A stretch of DNA of 63,497 nt, the filler included, from Octopus bimaculoides (taxonomy: Eukaryota): the NCBI RefSeq assembly GCF_001194135.2. It is 4 parts of 4 records of this genome, joined end to end, with 100 filler letters (N's around TTAATTAATTAA, not from the genome) between each part and the next. Parts side by side here need not be neighbours in the genome. Positions count along the whole stretch, not along the records: positions 26,919 to 54,027 come from NC_068990.1; 3 more parts are not named here. One strand, 5' to 3'. Position 1 is the first letter of the stretch. Each line of letters begins with the position of its first letter. Shown in pieces: positions 27,789-39,225 of this stretch. The translations under genes and the position numbers were made by a program. The notes under the pieces were generated by a model that saw only the letters and a list, made by a program, of their open reading frames with translations, was not told the DNA's origin and searched no databases.

Positions 27789-28796
27789 CACATGTATATG
27801 ACTACAATATTCAATGTATCGTTTTTCCTTACGTTTCTTTTTATGTTTTAGACAGATGGGTGACAGTGGTAGACTGGAAAGGCGTAACCTCAGCTAATTT
27901 CAAACAGCTTTCACTCGGCAGAAATCCAGGTCACTGTTAATTTAACAATTATATAATTTAACAAGATATATTCTCTACACATCATGTCTGTAAATCTGAA
28001 CTCACACACACAGAACACAACACACCGGCAGGNNNNNNNNNNNNNNNNNNNNNNNNNNNNNNNNNNNNNNNNNNNNNNNNNNNNNNNNNNNNNNNNNNNN
28101 NNNNNNNNNNNNNNNNNNNNNNNNNNNNNNNNNNNNNNNNNNNNNNNNNNNNNNNNNNNNNNNNNNNNNNNNNNNNNNNNNNNNNNNNNNNNNNNNNNNN
28201 NNNNNNNNNNNNNNNNNNNNNNNNNNNNNNNNNNNNNNNNNNNNNNNNNNNNNNNNNNNNNNNNNNNNNNNNNNNNNNNNNNNNNNNNNNNNNNNNNNNN
28301 NNNNNNNNNNNNNNNNNNNNNNNNNNNNNNNNNNNNNNNNNNNNNNNNNNNNNNNNNNNNNNNNNNNNNNNNNNNNNNNNNNNNNNNNNNNNNNNNNNNN
28401 NNNNNNNNNNNNNNNNNNNNNNNNNNNNNNNNNNNNNNNNNNNNNNNNNNNNNNNNNNNNNNNNNNNNNNNNNNNNNNNNNNNNNNNNNNNNNNNNNNNN
28501 NNNNNNNNNNNNNNNNNNNNNNNNNNNNNNNNNNNNNNNNNNNNNNNNNNNNNNNNNNNNNNNNNNNNNNNNNNNNNNNNNNNNNNNNNNNNNNNNNNNN
28601 NNNNNNNNNNNNNNNNNNNNNNNNNNNNNNNNNNNNNNNNNNNNNNNNNNNNNNNNNNNNNNNNNNNNNNNNNNNNNNNNNNNNNNNNNNNNNNNNNNNN
28701 NNNNNNNNNNNNNNNNNNNNNNNNNNNNNNNNNNNNNNNNNNNNNNNNNNNNNNNNNNAGACACACAAACACACATGCACACATATATATACATAT

Positions 28797-28953
28797 ATAC
28801 GACAGGGTTCCATCTACCAAATCCACTCACAAGGCTTTGGTCAGCCCGAGGCTATAGTAGAAGACACTTGCCCAAGGTGTCACGCAGTGGGACTGAACCC
28901 AGAGCCATGTGCTTGGTAGGCAAGCTACTTACCACACAGCCACTCCTGCGCCT
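28797..28953 (-). mobile_element. SINE family B, 5' half (remainder lost in gap)
   Basis: Close match to the head of the 22.8-kb copy. Confidence 0.88.
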
Positions 28954-28960
28954 TACACAC

Positions 28961-29007
<47 letters not shown>

Positions 29008-29340
29008 TCTACAGGATATACTGGAGAGAGGCACTCATGTGCTTTAAACAACTATTATTTCTTGTTTTGTTTTTTCTAGTTTATTTTTTTTCATCCTCTA
29101 CTTCAAACAAAGGGTTCTTCCAAAAGATCAGTCTACTTTTCTTCTCTTCTACTTTTTCTTTTTGGTGTACAATATTCTCTGTGCACAGCATTTTGTGTCC
29201 ATTTATTTTATATGTTCAACATTTTGTCTCCCAACTTTTGAATTTTCATTTATCTGTTGTAATTTCTCACATTGTCCAACTACCTGTTTCATATTCCCTT
29301 CATTTGTATTATTCTATCTATCTATCTATTTATCTATCTA

Positions 29341-29373
<33 letters not shown>

Positions 29374-29384
29374 CTAGCTAGCTG

Positions 29385-29435
<51 letters not shown>

Positions 29436-29447
29436 ATCTGTCTATTA

Positions 29448-29649
29448 GGTTCTATATTTAAGAGATGAGGAATTGTGTACATTATTTACATTTGATGGAT
29501 ATTTGTTGTCATCTTGTTTTTTGTTAACACAACATTTCGGCTGATATACCCTCCAGCCTTCACCAGGTGTCTTGGGGAAATTTCTAACCTGGGTTCTCAT
29601 TCCTAAGATACTTTTCGATGTTATTATTATTATTCTTATTATTATTATC

Positions 29650-29680
<31 letters not shown>

Positions 29681-29771
29681 TCACTGCCTGGGATCGAACT
29701 TGGAATCTTGGGGTTAGTAGCCCACACTCATAACCACTATGCCATATGCCCACGGGCATATGGCGTAGTGG
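29448..29771 (-). mobile_element. Short element: tRNA-like head, (TAA)n, Penelope-type hammerhead-like tail and inverted 5' duplication
   Basis: A box TGGCATAGTGG (29744-29734) and B box AGTTCGATCCC (29700-29690). CTGGTGA-A-GGCTG-loop-CAGCC-GAAATGTTG at 29566-29530. 18-bp inverted repeat at 29734-29751/29754-29771. Confidence 0.75.
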
Positions 29772-30544
29772 AAATCATACAGAAATAAATTTTGAATGAA
29801 TTGGAGTTTGTGAAGAGGGTTCTATTATCTGATGAGTTAACTATATCTTAGTTATATAACTTATGACCTCAGAAGGTTGGAAATGAGATTTATTATTCAA
29901 TAAACAAAATCTATGTTCATTAGAAAAACCTGACTACTGCAATATTGCTCTTGAATTGTCTTTAAATTATATGAGATTACATGCCTGTGTGAAGAAAAAT
30001 GATTTCTTAGTATAGAATTTGAGCATTGCTAGAAAAGTTAAATATCTTGCTTAAGAAACAACCACCATGGCTGTAGTTGGGTTTCATTCATCAACCTGTA
30101 GCAGGACTGTCTTAGCAACAGTGTAAGCCCTCAAGCAATCAATGTACTGAGTCCTGTGATATTTATTTATTTATTGACAGCATGCCACAATATACATAGA
30201 TCTGAATTCGACTCCCGGATCCCTGAGGGCCCCTGGGCAACAGTTTTGTGTGCCTCTGCCTTAAGACAGCACTGTCTTGTAGTCTCAATACCAGAGATTC
30301 TTAAGTGGTGTACCATTGCCAGTGATGGAAATGATGCAGGTTAGAAGGGAAATGGCATTCACCTATTTCTCTGCTCCCAAGAGGTGGTGGAATTATAGAG
30401 TCAAATCCCCACTTATTTCCAACCCCAGCCTCAAAGACCTTAGCATACATCTAATCCCTAAAATCCATTTCCCTCACTGACTCTAACAGTAACTTGTGAT
30501 CTGCAATAGTTGTTTAGGTGCACTGTGGGTTTTACAAGCAATAA

Positions 30545-31129
30545 TTTAAAGCTTTATCATCCAGATTATTCTGTCAAATGTAAAGATTAAAGATCTCCTA
30601 CAGTCATGAATGACCATGGAATTGCACCTAGAAAGTTAACTTCCAGGTCACAAGTCCGAGTAAGGTTGCTTATGGAAGGTCAGTAGTTGCCCATGCATAC
30701 CAGCCTCCCCTCTTTATACTACTGATGTTATCCAAGTGAAAGGCAAAGGCCGGTACAGCTTGGCACCAGTGACATCGCAGCTCATTTCTACAACTGAGTG
30801 AACTGGAAGTAACATGAAATAAAGTGTCTTATTCAAGAACATAACACACAACCCAGTCCAGGAATAGAACTCACTACCTCATGATTGTGAGCTTGACACT
30901 CTAACCACTGAGCCATGTGCCTTCAGATGTCAAATGTAATTCTTATTTATTCAGATTGTTCCAAATCAATCATGCATTATCTCATTGCTTTGAGATTTTG
31001 AAGATGAGACTGTTTATTTTTAGAATGATATTGCTGGGTAGCAGTGAGGGGCTTAATTTTTGTTAGTTTGAGTCTAAAACTGGTCGAATATTTGGCCTAA
31101 TATGGCCAGTTTAATTGCTAAAGGGTTAA
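30545..31129. mobile_element. piggyBac-like (…AAAGGG|TTAA end) MITE interrupted by a SINE
   Basis: The right end is TGCTAAAGGGTTAA. The body is homologous, in inverted orientation, to copies at 31152-31374, 31378-31581 and 47672-47895. The superfamily call rests only on the terminus. Confidence 0.65.
30584..30927 (-). mobile_element. SINE, family D (tRNA-like head)
   Basis: Minus-strand head TGAAGGCACATGGCTCAGTGGTTAGAGTG...GAGTTCTATTCC. 12-bp TSD TGTCAAATGTAA at 30572-30583 and 30928-30939. Confidence 0.85.
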
Positions 31130-31151
31130 AGCCTTAGAAAATCTATCTAAT

Positions 31152-31581
31152 CATTTAGTATTTAAGCTGGCCCTATCCAGCCAAAATATTCTATCTATTT
31201 TTTATGTTCAAACTGACCATATCCTGTCTTTCACATCTACCCTACAATGTCATTCTAAAAATAAAATAATCACGTCATTACAATTTTTGACATTATGAGA
31301 TAATACATGATTAATTCAAAAAATGGGAATAAATATTACATTTGACAAAGTAATCTGAATGCTAACAGCTTAACCAACCATATCCAACCAAAATATTCTG
31401 CCTCATATGTTCAAACTGACCAGATCTCCAACCTCTCACACTTACCCTACAATGTCATAGTTAAAATAAACAACCACATCATTCATATTCTGAAGCCACA
31501 AGATAGTGGATGGTTAATTCAAGGCAATGTGAATAAATAAGCATTTCATTTGAAAGAGTTATCTGAATGTTAAAGGGTTTA
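31152..31581. mobile_element. Two tandem copies of the same piggyBac-like MITE
   Basis: Both share ATGTTCAAACTGACCA...CTACCCTACAATGTCAT...ATCTGAATG(C/T)TAA. Confidence 0.7.
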
Positions 31582-31635
31582 AGGCTTTAGAAAATCTATT
31601 TTCAGAAACATGTTATCAAAAATTTTGTTACAACT

Positions 31636-32019
31636 GTTGTGTTGGCACTCCGTCGCTTACGACGTCGAGGGTTCCAGTTGATTTGATCAACGGAAGAGCC
31701 TGCTCGTGAAATTAACGTGCAAGTGGCTGAGCACTCCACAGACACGTGTACCCCTAACGTAGTTCTCGGGGATATTCAGCGTGACACAGTGTGACAAGGC
31801 TGACCCTTTGAATTACAGGCACAACAGAAACAAGAAGTAAGAGTGAGAGAAAGTTGTGGTGAAAGAGTACAGCAGGGTTCGCCACCATCCCATGCCGGAG
31901 CCTCGTGGGGCTTTAGGTGTTTTCGCTCAATAAACACTCACAACACCTGGTCTGCGAATCGAAACTGTGATCCTATGACCGCGAGTCCGCTGCCCTAACC
32001 ACTGGGCCATTGCATCTCC
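31636..32019 (-). mobile_element. SINE, family C (young, CpGs intact)
   Basis: Reverse complement of the 55.7-kb copy. A box TGGCCCAGTGG, B box GTTTCGATTCG. Imperfect TSD TGTTACAACT (31626-31635) / TGTTACACCT (32020-32029). Confidence 0.92.
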
Positions 32020-32524
32020 TGTTACACCTAATTATGGTTAATTAAACAAGATAAGTAATAGATGAAATATGTTTCTTCTAAATTTTTAAAACATAGTTTC
32101 CTTTAAAACATTCTAAGCAAAGAAAAGCAGTAACTTCATTTTTATTTGATCACCAGTTGAAAAGATTAAGAATCCCTTATCGGTGTGACAATACCTCATT
32201 TAAAAATTAATCCTTTGCCTAGGTAAATCAAGTGACACTTGCCCGAGGCACATAAAATAGTATTTAAAGTTGTATTTGAAATCATGGCCCTGTAGCCAAG
32301 AATGTCTTATCCTAACTACCAAGTTACAATAAAAATCACTTCACTATTATTTAGAGTTGTTATATTAGCAGCAACCCAAGTTTCTGTCAGGTAAAAGTTA
32401 TTTGAAATACCTGAGGTAACACTTTTCCAATCTATTACTGTCACCCATATGTCTGAATAAAAGGGAAGGACATGAACATTGTGATCATATATATATATAT
32501 ATAGGGAACATATGCACATGCACA

Positions 32525-32558
<34 letters not shown>

Positions 32559-32687
32559 TATATATATATAAAGCAGAGTTTGTGCGTGTGTATGTGTGCG
32601 TGTGTATGTGTGCGTGTGTATGTGTGCGTGTGCATGTGCATATGTTCCTTATGCATTTGAAAACTTAGTTGCCAATCTTGACATATG

Positions 32688-32995
32688 TTGCTGTTTGTTC
32701 CTTCTTGAGCCATGCTTGGCTCATAAGGGCCAGTTTCCCAGTTTCGTTGACGTGTAGGTTCCCCACCTGGATGGGATGCTAGTCTGTCGCAGGTGAACTG
32801 CTAGATGCAGGAGGAAAGAGTGAGAGAAAGTCGTGGCGAAGGAGTCAGTAGAAGGTTTGCATTACCTTCTTCTGGAGCTGCATAGAGCTTAGGTGTTTCA
32901 CTCATAAACACACACAACGCCCGGTCTGAGATTCGAACCCATGATCCCTCGACTGCAATTCTACTGCTCTAACCACTAAGCCATATGACTTCACG
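32688..32995 (-). mobile_element. SINE with a family C/D-like head and a different tail
   Basis: Head TGGCTTAGTGGTTAGAGCAG...GGGTTCGAATCTC. Shares GAGTGAGAGAAAGT and TAAACAC..ACAACGCCCGGTCTG with family C. TSD ATCTTGACATATG (32675-32687) / ATCTTGATGTATG (32996-33008). Confidence 0.8.
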
Positions 32996-34429
32996 ATCTT
33001 GATGTATGGAGTATCAAAAGATTCAGTAATCTTTCGGCTACCGAATAAACTTTATTTTCATTTACATATTCACATTACAAAAATTTAACATTATCATCTT
33101 TCTAAAAGTCAACTATTGTAAAAGTCATTTTATGCCATCATCACATCACGTTTTCTATATGAGTGTGTATGTGTCTGTCAGTGTGTGTGTTTGTGCATTC
33201 ATTACGTATATTAGACTGATGACTGAGAAGTATATGTGTATGAGTGTATGTAAGGGTGTATGTGTCTGTCAGTATACATACATTTTTGTGACAACTGACA
33301 CACACACACACATACACATCTAAAGGCAGAGACAGACACACAGAGATAGGCCTAAGGTGTGCAAGAATGTATGTCTGTGTGTGTCTGTCTTAGTATATGT
33401 ATGTGACTGTACCGTCCAACAGTGAAATGCACCAAGAGTTTAGTTTAGTAGTGGCATGGATGTTGAATGAACAACAGCGTTCATTTTGAAGTACCACTGT
33501 TTGGATTTTCCTTTTAATCATGGAGAATTGTGATTTAAACAACATTAACAATTATCTCTATTTATGGGCTGAAATATTATTTCCGATTTTTATAACTAAC
33601 ACGAAGATTTGGCTGATTTCACAGCACTCACAATACTAGCAAATATATCTGAAAAAAGAATTTTATTCTGGTTATTATAAAAATTCGGAAACTTGGCAAA
33701 GGAGAAAGCCTTAGTGGCTCTTTCAATATAATTACAGAAATGTTATTCCAATCCTTATAAACAGTTTGAAGATAACGCTTTTTTAACAGTCCTAGCATCC
33801 TTATATTCCTGCTATGATGCTTTAACAGAGTTAGTATTCAATGCTACACAACCTTTTTACTACGTTAGTCAGTATTTATTCTACAGCCTATAAACTTAAA
33901 CAGTTAAATTATATAGTAAGTGATGTTAAATTAATTTATGTCTTGCTACATACATCCTGTTCTAAATTAATTAATGTTTGCAACAGCAACATATTCCTTT
34001 GTGCACACTTTGTTCAGCACTCATTGAAAAATTATAAAATGATAAATTATTTTTGTATGAATAATTGAATTATGCCTTCTGAATTTTCTTGGAGCTTGAC
34101 TTTCTTTACCATGACATTCACTCCTGAATTTTATAACATTTAGTATATGTTCCAAATAAATGTTGACTTTCTGTACATTGTTACATTGGTGACGCAGAGT
34201 AATTTTTGCTAAATTGGTGACTTTCCGATGCTGGAATACTTCTTTTGGAAATATTCCCTAAAAAGAATTTTTATAGCATTACTATACTACCTATATTGAC
34301 GACATTTTGTTTTGCTTGAACTTTGTGTATGTATATTTTGCTGTTTTCAATATTATCAATTCTATGAGTGTGTGTGTTTCCATGTTCGTTACGTCTATAA
34401 TAAACTATAGTAAAGGACATTTTACGTTT

Positions 34430-36212
34430 TCTTAATGAGCCCACATCTAATGAAGTAGCCATCCTTATGGTCGGTGATCCCCATTAAAATCGTGATATTC
34501 TCATTCATGCTTGAGATCACAACCTTAAACATGTTTCACAGATTCATCCCTCTTATGATGCTCTCCAGTATCCTCTTATTTTGTGGAATGGACAAGATGG
34601 CTATCATTTCAATATTCCACAGACTGAACCTGCAACAGGAGAGCCAATTACAAACAAAATGGTGTCATGTAATAACTTCTATTCTTACTAACTGATGTTA
34701 AGACCAGAACAATCAAATCAATTACACATGTATCATGATCTATTTCAGCAGTGCCTGATTGATATGTATGCTAAAGTTGTGAGTCAGCATCTCCTCTACA
34801 TTCGTAATAATCATAAAAAGTTAAGGGCTTAAAACTATGTTTATCTCTAAGATGCTCTGATGACATGATGATATTCAAAACATGGGCAACTTATAATCCT
34901 CTCATCGTCATTCAGAGGTGGTCTTTGATATATGCACAAATGAACACAAGATGACATATGTCAATACATATGGAAAACTAGATCTTTTCATCACTTTCAC
35001 CTGCAATCCTAAATGGGAGGAAATAAAATCTAAGCTTCTTCCAGAGTTGCATCTGATATTGCAGCTACCCTCCTCAGTGGGGGAAGAACTGCTCATTCCA
35101 TGTTCAAGCTCCTTCAAAACCTTGCAGTTAAAGAATCTCAAATGTGCGGCATTTCCAAAAACTCTGCAATGACAACAGTTCTCCAACAAACTTGCCTTAT
35201 TGCTTGGGATGAGTGTTCTGTCACATCGTGGAGCTCCAGAGGTACTTTACCATATCCTCCAAGACTTAAAAAGCAACTGCATGCTTATGGGAGGAGTAAC
35301 AGTTCTTCTTGCAGGAGATTTTCATCAAACATTGCCAGTTATCCCTAAAGGATCAAAAGCTGATGTGGTCAATGCATGCTTCAAAAAATCGTACCTTTGG
35401 AGACATGTGAAGAAACTTCATCTTACAAGCAACATTAGGGTACTTCTACAAAGTTATCATATGAGCTTCTTAAGATTGGTAATGAGATATTAACATTCAA
35501 CTCAAGACTCCAGCTACATGAAATTACATGCAGTCAAATGATACTTTCTCTTAGAGATTTTATGGATAAAGTATTTCCTAATTTATCTGTCAATTACACT
35601 GATATAAACTGGCTATGTGAAAGAGCTATACTAGCTCCAACAACTAATGAAATGGTTGATAAGCTCAATCATGAACTTCTTCAAAAGTTTACAGATACAT
35701 CAGAAATAACTTTTCGATCAATTGACAACAGTCGATCAAGATCAGGTTGTTCAATAACCTGTTGAATTTTTGAACACACTTAAACCCACTGGAATGCCAC
35801 CACATAACTTGACACTAAATCTGGGTGCTCCCATTATGTGGCTTATAAATCTTGACCCATCTTATCTATGCAATGGAACTCACTTAATTGTTATTTCCTT
35901 GAAGTCCCATGTCCTACAGGCAACAATTATAAAAGGTAATCACAAAGGAGAAAAATGTATTTATTCCAAAAATTCCTCTCATACCTACAGATGTTACTCT
36001 TCAGTTTCCAGTCAAATTAAGTTTTGGTATTTCAATTAACAAATCTCAGGGTCAATCCCTCAAGTTGAACTTGATCTCTCTACTACATGCTTCTCCCATG
36101 GCCAACTCTATGTTGCTTGCTTATGAGTTGGAGGCAGTGACAATTTATTCATTTCAGCACCAACAAAAATTACACAATGGATAATGTTTGCCCAGAGGTG
36201 CTTCAGCATTGA
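34430..36212 (+). pseudogene. Helitron RepHel (HUH Rep plus Pif1-like helicase) relic with a large internal deletion
   Basis: Peptides read: HPSYDALQYPL; LFQQCLIDMYAKV; Rep motif FITFTCNPKW (34987-35016); helicase AATLLSGGRTAHSMFK, LIAWDEC, VLLAGDFHQTLPVIP, WLCERAILAP, FLNTLKPTGMPPH, LCNGTHL, INKSQGQSL (about 36035-36061), CFSHGQLYVA. Many stops and frameshifts. Confidence 0.93.
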
Positions 36213-36762
36213 CAAATTTTCAGTTCGAAATTCTATTATCATTACAATTCGGACACCTTATATAATTTAACAGAGTTTGTGTGTGTGTGTGTGTGTGTGC
36301 GCACGTGCGTGTGCGTGTGTGTGTGTGCGTGTTTGTGCATATATTCCTTATGGATTCAAAAAGTGAGTTGCCGATTTTGACATATGAGATATCAAAAGAT
36401 TCAGTAATCTTTCAACTACCAAATAAAGTATGGTTTTTGCACAATAGCTCTTTTTTACTACAAAAATAACCTCGAAAACGAGGTCAGGTCACACAATTTT
36501 GAGGTCCTTAGTTAAGGGAGGCAACTCTGCCTGAACAATCTTAAATTACATGGAGTTTTACCAAGAAAGGAAACTTCAAAGATATACCATCAACTGTATT
36601 AGTATTATTTAGTAGATAATCTTTTAATGTGAAGTATGTTTGTCTCTGTTGTGTTTAGCCCAAAGTTGCCTTAGATGTAGCAGACACTGCTAACTTTGAG
36701 ACATAGTGGGACACAATACTCAGTTTAACAACAAATACACACACATAGATACACACACACAT

Positions 36763-36796
<34 letters not shown>

Positions 36797-36810
36797 CTCA
36801 CACACATATT

Positions 36811-36962
36811 AGGTGCAAGAATGACTGAGTGGTTGAGAAGTTTGCTTCCCAACCATGGTTCCATGTTCAGTCCCTCTGCATGGTACCTTGGGCAAGTGCT
36901 TTCTACTATAGCTGCAGGCCAATCACAGAGTTGTGACTGAATTTGGTAAATGGAAACTGCAG
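36811..36962 (+). mobile_element. SINE family B, 5' half, CpG-decayed
   Basis: GACTGAGTGGTTGAGAAGTTTGCTTCCCAACCATGG...TACCTTGGGCAAGTG...GGAAACTG. Confidence 0.8.
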
Positions 36963-37091
36963 TGTTGTTCATCAGAAAATGACCAAAAAACGTTTATAAA
37001 GAAGAGTTGTTTGCTTCATACTCCTTATATGCCGATTCTGCTCATAAGAAAGAGAAAAGAACAAATAATACAATGTGGCTGTAGGTCATAA

Positions 37092-37120
37092 CACCCATAG
37101 AATGCCGGGGTGCATTGCTA

Positions 37121-37121
<1 letters not shown>
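37092..37121 (+). mobile_element. Candidate Helitron 3' terminus (short hairpin plus CTAG|T)
   Basis: CACCC (37092-37096) pairs with GGGTG (37108-37112). CTAG at 37118-37121 is followed by T. A similar GGGTAC...GCTAG|T end lies near 37822-37837. Confidence 0.45.
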
Positions 37122-37177
<56 letters not shown>

Positions 37178-38005
37178 ATGGCATGTTTGTGAATTTGTTA
37201 CTTTAACTCCTCCAAGACTATCCAATAGACCTTCATGTAACTTGACACATGGATGGGACTTATGCCCATGCAGTCAATTACGCACTTGGAATTTTAATCA
37301 GCATCGATTTTTTAAAAATTGTAAAATTTCGTCATTTTTTGCACTAGCCATCGTGACGTCAATTTGACGAAAAATGGCGAAATTTTGACAAAACAAAGTT
37401 TCATGGGTATAAACAGACAGTTTATTAATGGTAATCTATTTAGCATTCGCTAATCCTTCATTTCAATGTGAATTGTTTTGATTTGCTAAAAATTATTATT
37501 TCAACTCATTGTTTTAATTCCTCAGCGTTTCAGATTTTGATTAGGTAAGACCATTTTATTTCTCAAGCAAAATTTAGGCATTCTGCACACTAGCCGTCAT
37601 GACATCAATTTGACAAAATCTGTCCCAAAGACTGAAATTTTGCCATTTTATGCACATGCATAAAAATGACAATGGCACAGGTTTACTTCTAGACTCTGCT
37701 CATTTTTTCCTCAAATTGGTCGTACCCATTAATACGGATTTTAAATTTTCGAAAAATGTCAAAATTTGACATAAAATGTTTCATGGCTATAAACAAACAT
37801 CTTATTAATGGTAATTTTTAATGGGTACCTAAGCTAGTATATATATATATAATCCAAGAAAGTTAGGGGTTGTGAATCCAACCCACTAAGAGATGATATC
37901 TATCCAATATACTGCTGGGAGGATACCCAATTATTATTACACTAGTGTTTTTACCAAGTGCAATAAATGGGTGTGGGTAAAAGGAGATTTTACCCTAAAT
38001 TTATA

Positions 38006-38863
38006 CAGTAATAAGAAAATGGAGGGAATATGTGGTATTCATCGACTTGCAAACACTGTACTATGTCAATTTACCTGTTTAGTTTTCAACCAAGAGGACA
38101 ATAAAGACAATATACAAACACATATGACACACTATGTCATATCCAATAGATGACCAATTAGATGAGGGGACTGAACAGCAAAAATTACCCCTCCCCACTA
38201 CCAGCAGGATTTCAACTATCCACTACCAGCAGGACTCTAACTTCTCCATAAGCAGAAAAATAACTGAGTATCCCATCGCAAGTTATAGAAGTCTGGACAT
38301 TATTATTATAACAATTTCTCATGAAATATTTTTTACATAAATTCCTCCATCACAAACAGGACTGACACGTTCGTACCCCACAGGTTTCGGATATAAACAA
38401 ATATATATACATATATAGGTCTGAACATTGTGCTGGAAATATAGCGATAAGAACCAATGCACCGGTCCTCCTTTCCAAACGCAACTAAAAGCGTATATAT
38501 CAAGGAACATATATGTATGGGAGTGTTTATATATACATATGTGTATGTATGTATGTATGTGTGGGTGGGTGTATATATGTGTCCTTCTCATATATAGTAA
38601 CAATAACAATTGACTCATTGGTGTGCATGTATAAACGTTTATGTATGTACATCTAAATGTACATATAAGCTGTAAGACTTTGTCCCTTCTTCGGTCACTA
38701 GATGTCCTTTTGAATTTTTAATTGCTGATATGACATAGTGTGTCATATGTGTTTGTATATTGTCTTTATTGTCTTCTTGGTTGAAAAATAAACAGGTAAA
38801 TTGACATAGTACAGTGTCTGCAAGTTGATGAGTACCCCATATTCCCCTCCATTTTTTTATTGC

Positions 38864-38865
<2 letters not shown>
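38006..38865. mobile_element. Tc1/mariner-type MITE or foldback with about 138-bp TIRs
   Basis: 38006-38143 is a near-perfect reverse complement of 38727-38865. Termini are CAG(T/C)AATAA. TA precedes the left end and CA follows the right end. Confidence 0.8.
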
Positions 38866-38897
<32 letters not shown>

Positions 38898-39180
38898 NNN
38901 NNNNNNNNNNNNNNNNNNNNNNNNNNNNNNNNNNNNNNNNNNNNNNNNNNNNNNNNNNNNNNNNNNNNNNNNNNNNNNNNNNNNNNNNNNNNNNNNNNNN
39001 NNNNNNNNNNNNNNNNNNNNNNNNNNNNNNNNNNNNNNNNNNNNNNNNNNNNNNNNNNNNNNNNNNNNNNNNNNNNNNNNNNNNNNNNNNNNNNNNNNNN
39101 NNNNNNNNNNNNNNNNNNNNNNNNNNNNNNNNNNNNNNNNNNNNNNNNNNNNNNNNNNNNNNNNNNNNNNNNNNNNNNNN

Positions 39181-39225
<45 letters not shown>

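Noticed and set aside
30156-30344. GC-richer ORF with an upstream acceptor-like site
   Set aside because: There is no convincing donor, all frames lack recognisable motifs and the start is not ATG.
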